From Candidatus Beckwithbacteria bacterium GW2011_GWC1_49_16 (GTDB taxonomy: Bacteria > Patescibacteriota > Microgenomatia > UBA1400 > CG1-02-47-37), in the NCBI GenBank assembly GCA_001029675.1, contig CP011210.1, positions 64,193-128,192 on the forward strand: a stretch of DNA of 64,000 nucleotides, written 5' to 3'. The position numbers were made by a program, and so were the translations under genes. A model generated the notes under the pieces. The model saw nothing but the letters and a program-made list of their open reading frames with translations. It had not been told where the DNA came from and searched no databases. This document shows, piece by piece, positions 8,885-18,674 of this stretch. How positions within the stretch are numbered: position 1 is the stretch's first letter; every line of letters begins with the position of its first letter.

Positions 8885-11125
8885 TTAACTGGCAACAGGG
8901 TTGATCGTGTAGGCGGACTCTTGGGGTTCGCCTTTTTCGTTTAAGGGTTTTTCGCAAGTTAGGCAGTAGTCTTTTTGGACCGGGTCTGACAAGATGATGT
9001 GTTCTTGGAGTTCTAAGTTTTCGGTCACTCCCGGCTCGGGAGGACGTTTGGTGGTGGTGTCGATCCAGATGCCGCGTTTTAAGGGCGGTTCCATGGCCGG
9101 CTCGTTGCCACGGATAAAGTATTCAAAGCGGGTTTCGCAAGGTGATTCGGGGTTGGGCCTTAGGCCGGTGATAGTGCAGACTTGAAGGCCGATGATGTTT
9201 TCCGGCCTGACCGGCCATTCGTCGGGTTGATCCTCTAGGATACCGGCCATGATGTCGTGCCAGATGGGGGCGGCGCCGGTAATGCCCGAGACTAAATAAG
9301 GGTGCATCGGGCTATTGTCGTTGTTGCCGACCCAGGCGGCGACCAAAAATGACGGGGTGTAGCCGATAGTCCAGTTGTCGCGCAAATCGTCGGTGGTGCC
9401 GGTTTTGACCGAGACGGCGTGGTTAGGAATGACCAGCTCGCTTGAACCCCCGAAGGCAGCCAGGCGAGCGTTGTTGTCAAGAAGAATATGGGAGATAAGG
9501 TAGGCGACTTCGGGGGAAAGGGCTTTGTCACCGGCTGGAAGCTGGCTAGCTAAATCGATTTGTTCTAGGGTGTTGCCTTTGAAGTCTTCGACTTTGAGGA
9601 TGGGGGTGAGGTCGACTTTTAAACCCTGGTTGGCAAAGACGCCAAAAGCCACAGCCATGTCGACCATTCTGACCTCGCCGCCGCCCAAGGTTAAACTCAA
9701 GCCGTAGTTTGACGGATCTTCCCAAGTATTAATACCCATAGCCGAGGCAGTGGCGATCATGGTTTCGACGCCATTGGCGGCGAGCATCTTGACGGCCGGG
9801 ATGTTGAAGGAGTTGCCTAAGGCAAAGCGCATTTGCACCGGGCCGTGGAAAGCGCCGTCGTAGTTACGGGGGCAATATAGGGGTTGGCCGGAGACGGCAA
9901 AACAAACGGGCACGTCCAGAAACATGGTCGAGGGGGTAAAGCCTTGGCCTAAGCCGGCGGCGTAGTTGACCGGTTTGATCGACGAGCCGGGCTGGCGCAA
10001 ACGGGTGGTGACGTTGACGTTGCCGTCGATTTCCTCATTGAAATAGTCTTTGGAGCCGACCATGGCCAGGATCTCGCCGGTTCTGGGGTGGGTGACTAAA
10101 GCGGCGGCGTTTGAAACGTTCAAGTTTTCAAGCTTCCCGGTTTCGGTGGCGATAACGTCTTCGGTCAGCTTCTGAAGGTCAAGATCCAAAGAGGTAGTGA
10201 CGCGCAGGCCGCCTCTTTCGACCAGCTGCTGGCCGTATTTATCAACCAGCAAGCTTTTGACGTAAAGGACAAAGTGGGGGGCTAAAATGTTTTGGGTTTG
10301 GGGGGCGTAAGTTAAGGGAGCGTCAAGAGCCTGTTGGTATTGATCTTGATCGATGTAGCCGTCTTCGAGCATGCGGCTTAATACCTGTTTTTGGCGGTTT
10401 TTGGCGGCTTCGGGGTCGGGGCCAAAAGGGGAGTAGCGGGTGGGAGCCTGGGGTAGTCCCGCCAAGAGCGCCGCTTCGGCTAAAGTCAGCTCGCGGGCGG
10501 CCTTGCCAAAGTAAGTTAAAGCTGCCTGCTCGATGCCGTAGGCAGTGCCGCCGTAGGGGACGTGGTTTAAATACATTTCTAAGATGTCGTCTTTAGAGTA
10601 GCGAACCTCGGTGGCAAAAGCCAAGATAGCCTCGCGGATTTTTCTTTTGATGGTGCGTTCGGGGGTTAAAAGCGTGGTTTTGACCAGCTGCTGGGTAATG
10701 GTGGAGCCGCCTTGGAGGTTACTCTTAAAGACGATGTTGACGGCGGCCCGGGTGATACCTTCCCAGGCAAAGCCGTGGTGGCGGTAAAAGTTTTTGTCTT
10801 CTATCGCCACGGTGGCATTTTTGACGTAGCCAGGGAGCCCTTCAAGTTCAATCGGGGTGCGATTTTGGTCGGCAAAGATTTCGTAAAGTAACTTCCCGTT
10901 TCGATCCAGAATTTTAGTGGAGACGGGGAAGTTACCGGCAGCCAGCCGACCCGGGGAGGGAAGGTCGTGGAAGATGACAAAGGTAGAGTAAAGACCGACG
11001 AGGATTGCGAGGCCAACAAGAAGAGCCTTTTTAGGCTGGGCACGATAGAATTTTTTAAGCCTTAAAAGGATTTTTTGCCAGAATTTCTTTTGGAGAAGTT
11101 TCTTTAAGTCTTTAAATTTTGGCAT
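8885..11125 (-). CDS. Bifunctional transglycosylase/transpeptidase, PBP1A family (second paralog)
   Basis: Motifs EDKNFYRHHG, GGSTITQQLVK, QPGSSIK, SFN and KTGTT. ATG at 11125 follows a -10 box. Confidence 0.95.
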   Translation of the reverse strand: MPKFKDLKKLLQKKFWQKILLRLKKFYRAQPKKALLVGLAILVGLYSTFVIFHDLPSPGRLAAGNFPVSTKILDRNGKLLYEIFADQNRTPIELEGLPGYVKNATVAIEDKNFYRHHGFAWEGITRAAVNIVFKSNLQGGSTITQQLVKTTLLTPERTIKRKIREAILAFATEVRYSKDDILEMYLNHVPYGGTAYGIEQAALTYFGKAARELTLAEAALLAGLPQAPTRYSPFGPDPEAAKNRQKQVLSRMLEDGYIDQDQYQQALDAPLTYAPQTQNILAPHFVLYVKSLLVDKYGQQLVERGGLRVTTSLDLDLQKLTEDVIATETGKLENLNVSNAAALVTHPRTGEILAMVGSKDYFNEEIDGNVNVTTRLRQPGSSIKPVNYAAGLGQGFTPSTMFLDVPVCFAVSGQPLYCPRNYDGAFHGPVQMRFALGNSFNIPAVKMLAANGVETMIATASAMGINTWEDPSNYGLSLTLGGGEVRMVDMAVAFGVFANQGLKVDLTPILKVEDFKGNTLEQIDLASQLPAGDKALSPEVAYLISHILLDNNARLAAFGGSSELVIPNHAVSVKTGTTDDLRDNWTIGYTPSFLVAAWVGNNDNSPMHPYLVSGITGAAPIWHDIMAGILEDQPDEWPVRPENIIGLQVCTITGLRPNPESPCETRFEYFIRGNEPAMEPPLKRGIWIDTTTKRPPEPGVTENLELQEHIILSDPVQKDYCLTCEKPLNEKGEPQESAYTINPVAS

Positions 11126-11152
11126 GGGAGTATTATAGTACACAAAAAGGCT

Positions 11153-11776
11153 ATGGTTGATCCGAAAACGCTAAAGTATAAGAATGTGACCATTTCTGGT
11201 CTTCCCGGGGCGGGGTCGTCGACATTGGGGCTAAGTCTTTCGCGCGTTTTGGGCTGGGAATATTTTTCGGGCGGAGATTTTATGCGCCGTTATGCCGTGA
11301 AGCGGGGACTTTACGACCAAAGAAAGCGGGCGCACCACTCGGCAGCGGTTTACAGCGGCAAGTTTGATCGGAGAGTTGATTATCGCCAACGGGAGACGCT
11401 TCAGAAAAAAGAGGGAAAGATTTTGGATTCGTGGCTGTCCGGGTTTATGGCTCAAGGCTTAGTTAAAGTGTTGAAGATTTTGGTTTTTTGTAATAAAGAT
11501 TCGCTTCGGGTCGACCGGTTGGTTAACCGGGACAACACTTCGGTGGAGGAAGCCAAAAAACACATGTTTGAAAGAGAGAGGGATAATTTTTCCAAGTGGA
11601 GCCGGATGTATAAAAAAGAATGGGATGAGTGGCTGCCGGCAAAGACCAGAGGGGCGAGAAAAGGCAATTGGCTTAACTTTCATCACCCCGGGCTTTATGA
11701 CTTGGTGATCGATACCTACGCGGTGAGCAAAGAAAAGTCGCTTAAGCTGACGCTTGACGCTTTAGGATATAAATAG
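11153..11776 (+). CDS. cmk: Cytidylate kinase, archaeal-type
   Basis: Motifs TISGLPGAGSST, SGGDFMR, D..VD, DSWLSG and YDLVIDT. Confidence 0.75.
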   Translation: MVDPKTLKYKNVTISGLPGAGSSTLGLSLSRVLGWEYFSGGDFMRRYAVKRGLYDQRKRAHHSAAVYSGKFDRRVDYRQRETLQKKEGKILDSWLSGFMAQGLVKVLKILVFCNKDSLRVDRLVNRDNTSVEEAKKHMFERERDNFSKWSRMYKKEWDEWLPAKTRGARKGNWLNFHHPGLYDLVIDTYAVSKEKSLKLTLDALGYK

Positions 11777-11789
11777 GTATATATAAGGT

Positions 11790-12719
11790 ATGAGAAAACA
11801 ACGGGGCGGACTAACGCTTTGGGCAATAATTTTGGGGTTGGCGATAAGTGCTTTGGTTTTGAACGTGTCTTACGGTCGCGCCCAGGAAGAACCTTTTGAT
11901 TCCACTGGCGAACAGCAGCTAGATTTGGTTCAGGGTGAAGCGACGGGCTCGGCGATGACAGTTGAAGCGGCGGCTCAAAGTGAAGGGGTGGAGTATTATC
12001 TGCCTTACCCCGGAGTGTTGCCCGACCACCCGTTGTATTGGCTCAAGATGATTCGCGATCGGGTGCAGTTGTGGTTGACGACCAAGTCTTTGCCCAGGGC
12101 GGAGAGATTGCTACTTTATGCTGATAAAAGGTTGGGAGCGGGCTGGGCGCTTATTGAGGGGGGCAAGGCCGACTTGGGGGTGACGACGATTACCAAAGCG
12201 GAGAAGTATTTGGAGAGAGCTTTGACGGAAACAACGAGCTTAGGAGACGGTGGCGACGAGGTGAGGTTTAAGAAGAGGCTTGGTCAGGCGGCTTTAAAAC
12301 ACGCCGAGGTGATCGATAAGCTTAGGGGGAGGGTGGACGAGCTAGACCGGGCGGCATTGGATGAGGTGATGAGGGTGCCCGGCGCCGTGACGGAAGAGCT
12401 TGAGGCAGCGGCGATGGAAAAGGAAAAGATGGAAGTAAGGGTGAGGGTGGAGTTTAGTGAAACAGAAGTGGTCGAAGGGCAAGTTAGAGCAGAGACGGCT
12501 TTGGAGGCGTTAACAAGTTTAGCGGATCAAGAAGGTTTTGAGGTGACGACCAAGATTTATGATTTTGGCAGCCTGGTGGAGGCGATTAACGATGTTGCCA
12601 ACAGCGCCGACAAGGCATGGATTTATTTTGTCAACGATAAGGCGGGAGAGGTTGGGGCGGGGGATTACCGGCTTAGCGCCGACGATGTGGTCGAGTGGCG
12701 TTATGTTGAACCGGTTTAA
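11790..12719 (+). CDS. Exported protein: DUF5667-like helical domain plus C-terminal DUF4430/transcobalamin-like beta-grasp domain; candidate cobalamin binder
   Basis: Signal peptide; LPYPGVLPDHPLYWLKMIRDRV; C-terminal YDFGSLVEAIND...WIYFVND....VGAGDY.L...DVVEWRY. Confidence 0.75.
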   Translation: MRKQRGGLTLWAIILGLAISALVLNVSYGRAQEEPFDSTGEQQLDLVQGEATGSAMTVEAAAQSEGVEYYLPYPGVLPDHPLYWLKMIRDRVQLWLTTKSLPRAERLLLYADKRLGAGWALIEGGKADLGVTTITKAEKYLERALTETTSLGDGGDEVRFKKRLGQAALKHAEVIDKLRGRVDELDRAALDEVMRVPGAVTEELEAAAMEKEKMEVRVRVEFSETEVVEGQVRAETALEALTSLADQEGFEVTTKIYDFGSLVEAINDVANSADKAWIYFVNDKAGEVGAGDYRLSADDVVEWRYVEPV

Positions 12720-12726
12720 AAGATAA

Positions 12727-13266
12727 ATGGCGGGTCGGTTTTTCTTGGTGATTTTATTAGTTTTGGCGGCGATAGCCGAGAGGCTGTGGTTTGATTTGGG
12801 GCCAAACGTTGAGCTGGTGACTTTGGCGGGAGTAGTTTCCGGGATGATTTTGGGGAGAAAGTGGGGGGGAGTGGCGGGGGTGATCGCAATGGTTATTTCT
12901 GATTTGGTGATCGGCAACACGGTGATCTTTTGGTTTACCTGGTCGGCTTTTTTGGTCATCGGCGCCGGGGGAGAGTGGTTGCGGTCTTTTACGGGATTAG
13001 GGCGGATTGCGGCCGGTGGAGGCTACGGCCTGGCGGCGGCAGTATTTTTTTATCTTTATACTAACTTGGGAGTTTGGTTGGTGGGCAACTTGTACCCGCC
13101 GACATTTGCGGGGCTGGCGAAGAGCTACTTAATGGGATGGCCGTTTTTTAAGATTCACGCGGCAAGCAGCGTTCTGACTTTGGTGGCCGGGTTGACGGCG
13201 GCAGAGCTAGTCGGTACAGTATTTACTGCCAGCAAGAGCTGGTTAAATTTAACAATTAAAGACTGA
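12727..13266 (+). CDS. ECF-type S-component-like membrane protein (DUF6580-like), probable cobalamin uptake
   Basis: About 6 TM helices; PNVELVT, ISDLVIG, FFYLYTNLGVW and Y.MGWPFF; adjacent to the DUF4430 gene and B12 riboswitch. Confidence 0.75.
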   Translation: MAGRFFLVILLVLAAIAERLWFDLGPNVELVTLAGVVSGMILGRKWGGVAGVIAMVISDLVIGNTVIFWFTWSAFLVIGAGGEWLRSFTGLGRIAAGGGYGLAAAVFFYLYTNLGVWLVGNLYPPTFAGLAKSYLMGWPFFKIHAASSVLTLVAGLTAAELVGTVFTASKSWLNLTIKD

Positions 13267-13273
13267 CGATTCG

Positions 13274-13413
13274 CCTTTAGGGTGTGAAGCCATTGTCCCC
13301 ACCTAAGTGTGCCAATTTTTGGCGGGGGTGAGAAGGCTTTTAAACTCGCGGGAACCAGGCGTGATTCCTGGGCTATGCCGTAGCTGTTACAGCCAGAAGA
13401 CCGGCCTTAGAGG
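13274..13413 (+). ncRNA. Cobalamin (B12) riboswitch
   Basis: Core GGGAA-CCAGG-CGTGATT-CCTGG-GCTATGCCGTAGCTGT followed by B12 box AGCCAGAAGACCGGCC. Closing P1 is CCTTTAGGG(13274)/CCTTAGAGG(13413); P2 is AAGCC/GGCTT. Confidence 0.8.
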
Positions 13414-13442
13414 GGGTAAAGCAGTCATTTCCCGAGCAGGAA

Positions 13443-15134
13443 GTGAGGCGATTTTTTGTGGGCGTAGAATTTGATATCAGGGCCAGTTTAGCGGCAGCGA
13501 CAAAGGCATTTGACCAGTCCGTCGCCAGCGGTTGGCGGGCGATTAAACAAGAGGGGAAAAACCTATTCACAAGGGGTAAAGAAATAAGCGATCCTTGGGG
13601 GGCATATTTTAAAACGCCACTAGAAATAAGGCTCGATTCTCAAACTGGTAAAAGGAAGATATTTTGGCAAGGCTATGATCGTTCGGTCAGCGCCTCGATG
13701 CGACGCCATGCCGCGTGGCTAAGGCTTAATGGGGCAACTAAAGAAGAGATAGGCAAGGCAAGGGCGGAGTTATCGGCATGGCAGGGGTTGGAGACAGTTA
13801 TTCTAGGCCTAGAAGAAGGTGAAGCAGTACAGTTTTTGGCATTGCGAAGTTTAGATTCTAACGATGGTGTGGCCTTACAGCAGGTTAGCTTGAGAAATGG
13901 ACGCCTGGCGTTGGAATCACAGTTGTTGCCGTTTGATCGACCCGAGCAAATAGACAAATTTATTGAGAGCGTTGAATTTATGGGAGAAAGTTTAGAAATT
14001 AACCAGGCCGAAACCGATGTGGACCTGTTGGTATTTTGGGCGGTTAAGGGTGAAGCGATTGATTTTAAGCAGGATGTGCCTAAATTGATTGGGGCGGCGA
14101 CGAGAGCCGAGCAGCTGCCAACGATTCAGTCGAGACAGGCAGTGGTTGGTGATGTGCCTGAAGTATTAGCGGCGAACCCATTAGAAGACAGGGTGGTATC
14201 GGCTAAGCCGACGAGCTTTTGGTTTGAAATGGCGGCAGGGGTGAAAATTGCTTCAAGGTCCGACCCTGAAGCGGCGGAAGCGGCGGAGTCGGAAACGATA
14301 GTTTTGGATCGTCCAGAAGTCACGCCGGTTGTGTTTGCGGCAACCTCTGGGAAGATACAAGAAAGGGAAGTGATGGAGGGAGTTAGACCTGTGGTGGCAG
14401 TAAAACCTGTGTCGGCGGTAAGCCCTGCGTCCCGGCCCGCGAAAGCTTCTGGAAAAACAGGTGGGCGAGTAGATGTTGAGGCTGAGGCCGGCGTGATGCC
14501 TACGGGATCAGATCCTGTAGGACAACAGCCACCTTCAAGGATAAACCCTGAAGGAATCGAATCAACTCGGCCAGTTGAGCCCGACCAGCCGAAAGTTAAC
14601 CTCGATGCGCCACAGCAAGATTTTGTCCGTGACTTTGTCGATCTGTCTGCGCCTAAACATTCTATGGAAGTTTCTGAAAAAGTGGATGTGGTCAAGGAGC
14701 AGGACCATACGGAAGCTTCCGGAAAAACAGAAGTAGGGCAACTGCGACCTTCAAGGATAAACCCTGAAGTTGTGAAAGTGGAGCCGCCGGTGTGGCAAGT
14801 GGAGCTAGAAGGTTTAAGCTGGCAGGAGATACCGGAATGGAAGTTTGACAACCTGCTGGTGGAAGGGGATTGGGGGTTTTCGGTAGCGGCAGGCTTAACC
14901 AGCCTGAATGAGCAAATTATGACGGCTAAGAGGGCTTTTGAGGGCAGGCAGTGGCCGATTTTTGATTTTTATTGTCAGGTTTCAAACGTTGTGGCAGCAA
15001 CACTTTTTTTGATTGCGAACACATTTTGCCTAGATACACAGGGCTTGATTTTAGCGGAGGAGAAAGTGTTTGAAAAAAGCGGGGGAGTGGTTAGCGGTTT
15101 GACACCCAATTTCTTGAGGAAAAACGAAAGTTGA
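13443..15134 (+). CDS. Hypothetical protein with globular N-terminal half and low-complexity P/E/V-rich C-terminal half; start uncertain
   Basis: 563-codon ORF. The frame is open from 13365, inside the riboswitch, with GTG as the first standard start. Internal repeat PSRINPE occurs twice. Confidence 0.6.
   Translation: MRRFFVGVEFDIRASLAAATKAFDQSVASGWRAIKQEGKNLFTRGKEISDPWGAYFKTPLEIRLDSQTGKRKIFWQGYDRSVSASMRRHAAWLRLNGATKEEIGKARAELSAWQGLETVILGLEEGEAVQFLALRSLDSNDGVALQQVSLRNGRLALESQLLPFDRPEQIDKFIESVEFMGESLEINQAETDVDLLVFWAVKGEAIDFKQDVPKLIGAATRAEQLPTIQSRQAVVGDVPEVLAANPLEDRVVSAKPTSFWFEMAAGVKIASRSDPEAAEAAESETIVLDRPEVTPVVFAATSGKIQEREVMEGVRPVVAVKPVSAVSPASRPAKASGKTGGRVDVEAEAGVMPTGSDPVGQQPPSRINPEGIESTRPVEPDQPKVNLDAPQQDFVRDFVDLSAPKHSMEVSEKVDVVKEQDHTEASGKTEVGQLRPSRINPEVVKVEPPVWQVELEGLSWQEIPEWKFDNLLVEGDWGFSVAAGLTSLNEQIMTAKRAFEGRQWPIFDFYCQVSNVVAATLFLIANTFCLDTQGLILAEEKVFEKSGGVVSGLTPNFLRKNES
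14531..14769 (+). repeat. Two perfect 23-bp palindromic REP-like repeats, ACCTTCAAGGATAAACCCTGAAG (14531-14553 and 14747-14769)
   Basis: Seen directly. Each copy is preceded by a near-identical AAGCTTCYGGAAAAACAG (14443, 14713). Confidence 0.85.
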
Positions 15135-15166
15135 TACGGTTTGAGTCAGAAATTGGTACTTGACTA

Positions 15167-15214
15167 TTACTACAGACAGCGTGTTTATTTAAGTTTACGC
15201 ACTATACATAGCGC
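15167..15214 (+). promoter_or_regulatory. Tandem NrdR boxes upstream of nrdR-nrdJ
   Basis: TTACTACAGACAGCGT (15167) and GCACTATACATAGCGC (15199) resemble the consensus acaCwAtATaTwGtgt; starts are 32 bp apart; TTGACT -35 at 15160. Confidence 0.75.
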
Positions 15215-15228
15215 AATTTCTTTCACAT

Positions 15229-15675
15229 ATGAAATGTCCGTTTTGCAGTCACGATGTGTCTTCCGTCTTGGAATCTCGTGACAGTGAAGACGGAGAAGTG
15301 ACCAGGCGAAGGCGGGAATGTGCCAAATGCGGCAAGCGCTTTACCACCTATGAACGCCTGGAGGGGCCGGCCTTATCGGTAATCAAAAAGGACGGCCGCA
15401 GGGAACCTTTTGACAGAAATAAAGTCCGCCGGGGAGTTATCCGCGCCTGCGAGAAGCGGCCGATTACGCCGTCGCAAATAGAGGCGGTGGTCGATCAAGT
15501 CGAGCGGGAAATGCTCCGGAAAAAAGACAACGAGGTCGAAAGCCAGGCAATAGGCAAGGCGATTATGCGGCGGCTTAAAAAGCTGGACAGGGCTGCTTAT
15601 GTTCGGTTTGCCAGCGTCTATATGGATTTTGCCGATATAGACGATTTTGCCAGGCTAATTAGAAAGAGTAAATAA
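15229..15675 (+). CDS. nrdR: Transcriptional repressor NrdR
   Basis: MKCPFC...RRRRECAKCGKRFTTYER, ATP-cone, AYVRFASVY. Confidence 0.98.
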   Translation: MKCPFCSHDVSSVLESRDSEDGEVTRRRRECAKCGKRFTTYERLEGPALSVIKKDGRREPFDRNKVRRGVIRACEKRPITPSQIEAVVDQVEREMLRKKDNEVESQAIGKAIMRRLKKLDRAAYVRFASVYMDFADIDDFARLIRKSK

Positions 15676-17982
15676 ATGACCAAAATGATGTCGTCACAAC
15701 TGACCTTTTATCCACATGAGAGTGGGTTGGTGGATAAAGGGATTAATGGAGAAAGAAAGGATGAGGGCGGCAACGGCGAGGTAAAGCCCGCCTTTGAAGG
15801 CGAGGCGAGGCAGGTGATGGCCAGGTCGCAAGCTGGCTGGGACGTTGCCCGCATGAAAAAAAGAATGAAATTGACGGAAAGGCGCCTGGCTAATGGTTTG
15901 GGTAAGGCGGTGGCCAAAAGGACGATTTTGCGGCCAGGGGAGACCTGGGTGGATGTAGCCGAGCGGGTCGCCCGCGGCAACACCAGCTTGATCGGTAAAG
16001 GCCGACAGCAGCATCGAAAAGAGGAATACGAGCTTCTAAAAAAACACATTACCAACGCCACTCTACTGATGAGCGGCAGGCATCTACAGCACGGAGACGA
16101 GACGCAAGTGAAACGTAACATGGAGGTGTTTACTAACTGTTCGACGGCTTCGGCGTCTTTTCTTTTGTTCTACCTGCTTCTGAATGGTTCTGGGGTGGGC
16201 AGAGCTTACGACGACGACATGTGCGTGGTGGATTGGGACTATATGCCGATAGTCCGCTGCGTTTTAGACGAGAAACACCCGGATTTTGTTTGGGGTGAAG
16301 ACGAGTCGGTCAAAGAGGCCAGGCATAAATACGGCAAGGTGTATTGGTTTGAGGTGCCCGACACCCGTGAGGGCTGGGCCCAGGCGACAGAAAAGATGGA
16401 GGTAATGGCTTATGAGAAAAAATACAAAGACGATGTTTTGGTGATCGATTTTTCCAAAGTGAGGCACAAGGGGACCAAGATCCACGGCATGCAGGATCGC
16501 CCGGCTTCGGGTCCTAAACCTTTAATGAAAGCGATTGCCAAAGTGGCGACGGTGAAGAATGCGCGATTGCCGAAGTGGAAACAGGCGATGTACGTGGACC
16601 ATTACTTGGCCGAGTGTGTTTTGGTCGGAGGCGCAAGGCGCGCGGCCAGAATCGCTACCAAATTTTGGACAGACCCGGACATTTTAGACTTTATTGATAT
16701 TAAGCGGGGCGGGTTTTTGTGGAGCGCCAACAACTCGGTCGCGGTGGACGAGAAGTTTTGGCAGCAAAAGACCAAGCACGCCAGAAAGGTATTGACGGCG
16801 ATTGCTCATGCCAGCTACCACCACGATACGGGCGAGCCTGGGTTTGTCAATCAACACCGCTTGGTGCAAAACGACGACAAGTTTGCCGGCTACTTTAACG
16901 GTAAGTACGCGGAGAGCAAAAAGTACCAGGTGGGTAAAATCACCCGAAAGATGTTGGCGCGCTTGGCCAAAAACGCCTCGAGTAAAGTGTATATGCAGAT
17001 TCCCAACCCTTGCGGCGAGATTACGCTTAATATGTTGGGGGCTTATTGCGTTATTGGCGACGTGGTGCCGTTTCACGCCCCAGACGTAGATACGGCCGAG
17101 GAGGCATTCAGGGTAATGACTCGGGCTCTGATTCGAGTTAACACCATGGACTCGCTTTATCGTAAAGAGGTAGAAAGAACCAACCGGATCGGGGTAAGCC
17201 TGACCGGGATTCACGAGTTTGGTTGGAATGCTTTTGGCTACGCTTTTCGCGATCTAATCGATGAGGAGAAATCGCGTGATTTTTGGATGACGCTAGCCCG
17301 GTTCAAGCGGGCGGTGGTGGACGAAGCCGAGCGCTACAGCCGGGTTTTGGGAGCAACGGTGCCGCACACCAACACCACGATCAAACCGGCGGGGACGACG
17401 TCAAAACTTTTTGGGCTTTCTGAAGGAGCACACTTGCCGGCGATGAGGGAGTATATTCGTTGGGTGCAGTTTAGAGAAGATGACCCCTTGGTGGCAAGCT
17501 ACCAGAAGCAGGGTTATCCGACGCGCCAGCTTAAAAGCTACAACGGGACGACGGTAGTGGGTTTTCCGACCCAGCCGACTATCTGCCGGCTGGGGATGAA
17601 CGGTAAGTTGGTAACGGCCGGGGAGGCGACTCCCGAAGAACAATACCGCTGGTTGATGTTACTGGAGAAATACTGGATTGTGGGCGTGGACGAGGATGGT
17701 AACCCTCTCCCCGATACCGGCAACCAGGTTAGCTACACCCTCAAGTACAAGAAAGACAAGGTTAGCTTCAAAAAATACAAGGCGCTTTTGAAGAAATACC
17801 AATCAAGGGTGAAGTGCTGTAGCCTGATGCCCCAACAGGACTCGACCGCCTATGAGTATCAACCGGAGGAGCCGGTAACGGCAGGGCAGTTTATGAAGGC
17901 CTTAAACGAGATTACCGGAGAGCTGGACGAGGATATTGATCTTGAAGCTTTAAAGTGTGAGTCGGGGGCGTGCCCGATATAG
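15676..17982 (+). CDS. nrdJ: Class II (adenosylcobalamin-dependent) ribonucleotide reductase
   Basis: FTNCS, VGGARRAA, NPCGEI, IKPAGTTS and C-terminal CESGACPI. No tyrosine-pair tail and no nrdB/F nearby. Confidence 0.88.
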   Translation: MTKMMSSQLTFYPHESGLVDKGINGERKDEGGNGEVKPAFEGEARQVMARSQAGWDVARMKKRMKLTERRLANGLGKAVAKRTILRPGETWVDVAERVARGNTSLIGKGRQQHRKEEYELLKKHITNATLLMSGRHLQHGDETQVKRNMEVFTNCSTASASFLLFYLLLNGSGVGRAYDDDMCVVDWDYMPIVRCVLDEKHPDFVWGEDESVKEARHKYGKVYWFEVPDTREGWAQATEKMEVMAYEKKYKDDVLVIDFSKVRHKGTKIHGMQDRPASGPKPLMKAIAKVATVKNARLPKWKQAMYVDHYLAECVLVGGARRAARIATKFWTDPDILDFIDIKRGGFLWSANNSVAVDEKFWQQKTKHARKVLTAIAHASYHHDTGEPGFVNQHRLVQNDDKFAGYFNGKYAESKKYQVGKITRKMLARLAKNASSKVYMQIPNPCGEITLNMLGAYCVIGDVVPFHAPDVDTAEEAFRVMTRALIRVNTMDSLYRKEVERTNRIGVSLTGIHEFGWNAFGYAFRDLIDEEKSRDFWMTLARFKRAVVDEAERYSRVLGATVPHTNTTIKPAGTTSKLFGLSEGAHLPAMREYIRWVQFREDDPLVASYQKQGYPTRQLKSYNGTTVVGFPTQPTICRLGMNGKLVTAGEATPEEQYRWLMLLEKYWIVGVDEDGNPLPDTGNQVSYTLKYKKDKVSFKKYKALLKKYQSRVKCCSLMPQQDSTAYEYQPEEPVTAGQFMKALNEITGELDEDIDLEALKCESGACPI

Positions 17983-18010
17983 GATATTAGGAATTAGCTT
18001 CTAGTTTCTA

Positions 18011-18640
18011 GTGAAGTTATATTTAGCCTCAAGTTCCCCCCGCCGGCCCAAGTTGTTAAAGTGGTTTGGTTTACCCTTTGCGGTAGTTGACCACGGTTTT
18101 GACGAGGAGAGTATCGAAGCGGCCGACTCGGAAACGCTGGTAGGCCAGCTGGCTTTAAACAAGGCCTATTCGGCCGCCGAAACGATAGATAAACCGGCCT
18201 TGGTGATCGGTTCTGATTTGGTCGTTAGCCTCAATGACCACTCTTGGAGCAAGCCGGCCACTCTTGAGGAAGCCAAGTTTATGCTCAAAACTTTAGTCGG
18301 CCGGATGCATACCATCATGTGCGGAGTAGCCGTCTACGACACTGCCAGCGAAAAGGCGGTGATGAGTGTTGCTAAAACTGACGTCTGGATGAAAGCGTAT
18401 ACAGATGAAGTTATTGAGAAATATCTAAAACAGGTGCCGGTTTTAGATCGCGGTGGAGCCTACGGGATTCAGGATGAGATAGAAGGCTATGGCAGTTTGG
18501 TTAAAAGCTTTTCCGGGGGAATTACCACGATAATTGGCCTGCCGCTTCACTACTTAGAAAACTTGCTTTTGGAGTTTGGCGTCAAACCCAAAAAAGACTG
18601 GCGGCAAAAGTGTTTTGAGGAGACGGGGTATGAGTATTGA
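18011..18640 (+). CDS. maf: Maf-family nucleoside triphosphate pyrophosphatase
   Basis: Motifs LASSSPRR, IGSDLVV, KP, GAYGIQ and IIGLPL. Confidence 0.92.
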   Translation: MKLYLASSSPRRPKLLKWFGLPFAVVDHGFDEESIEAADSETLVGQLALNKAYSAAETIDKPALVIGSDLVVSLNDHSWSKPATLEEAKFMLKTLVGRMHTIMCGVAVYDTASEKAVMSVAKTDVWMKAYTDEVIEKYLKQVPVLDRGGAYGIQDEIEGYGSLVKSFSGGITTIIGLPLHYLENLLLEFGVKPKKDWRQKCFEETGYEY

Positions 18641-18674
18641 CACACCAGTGGTATTATGGTATGTTTAGTATGAT

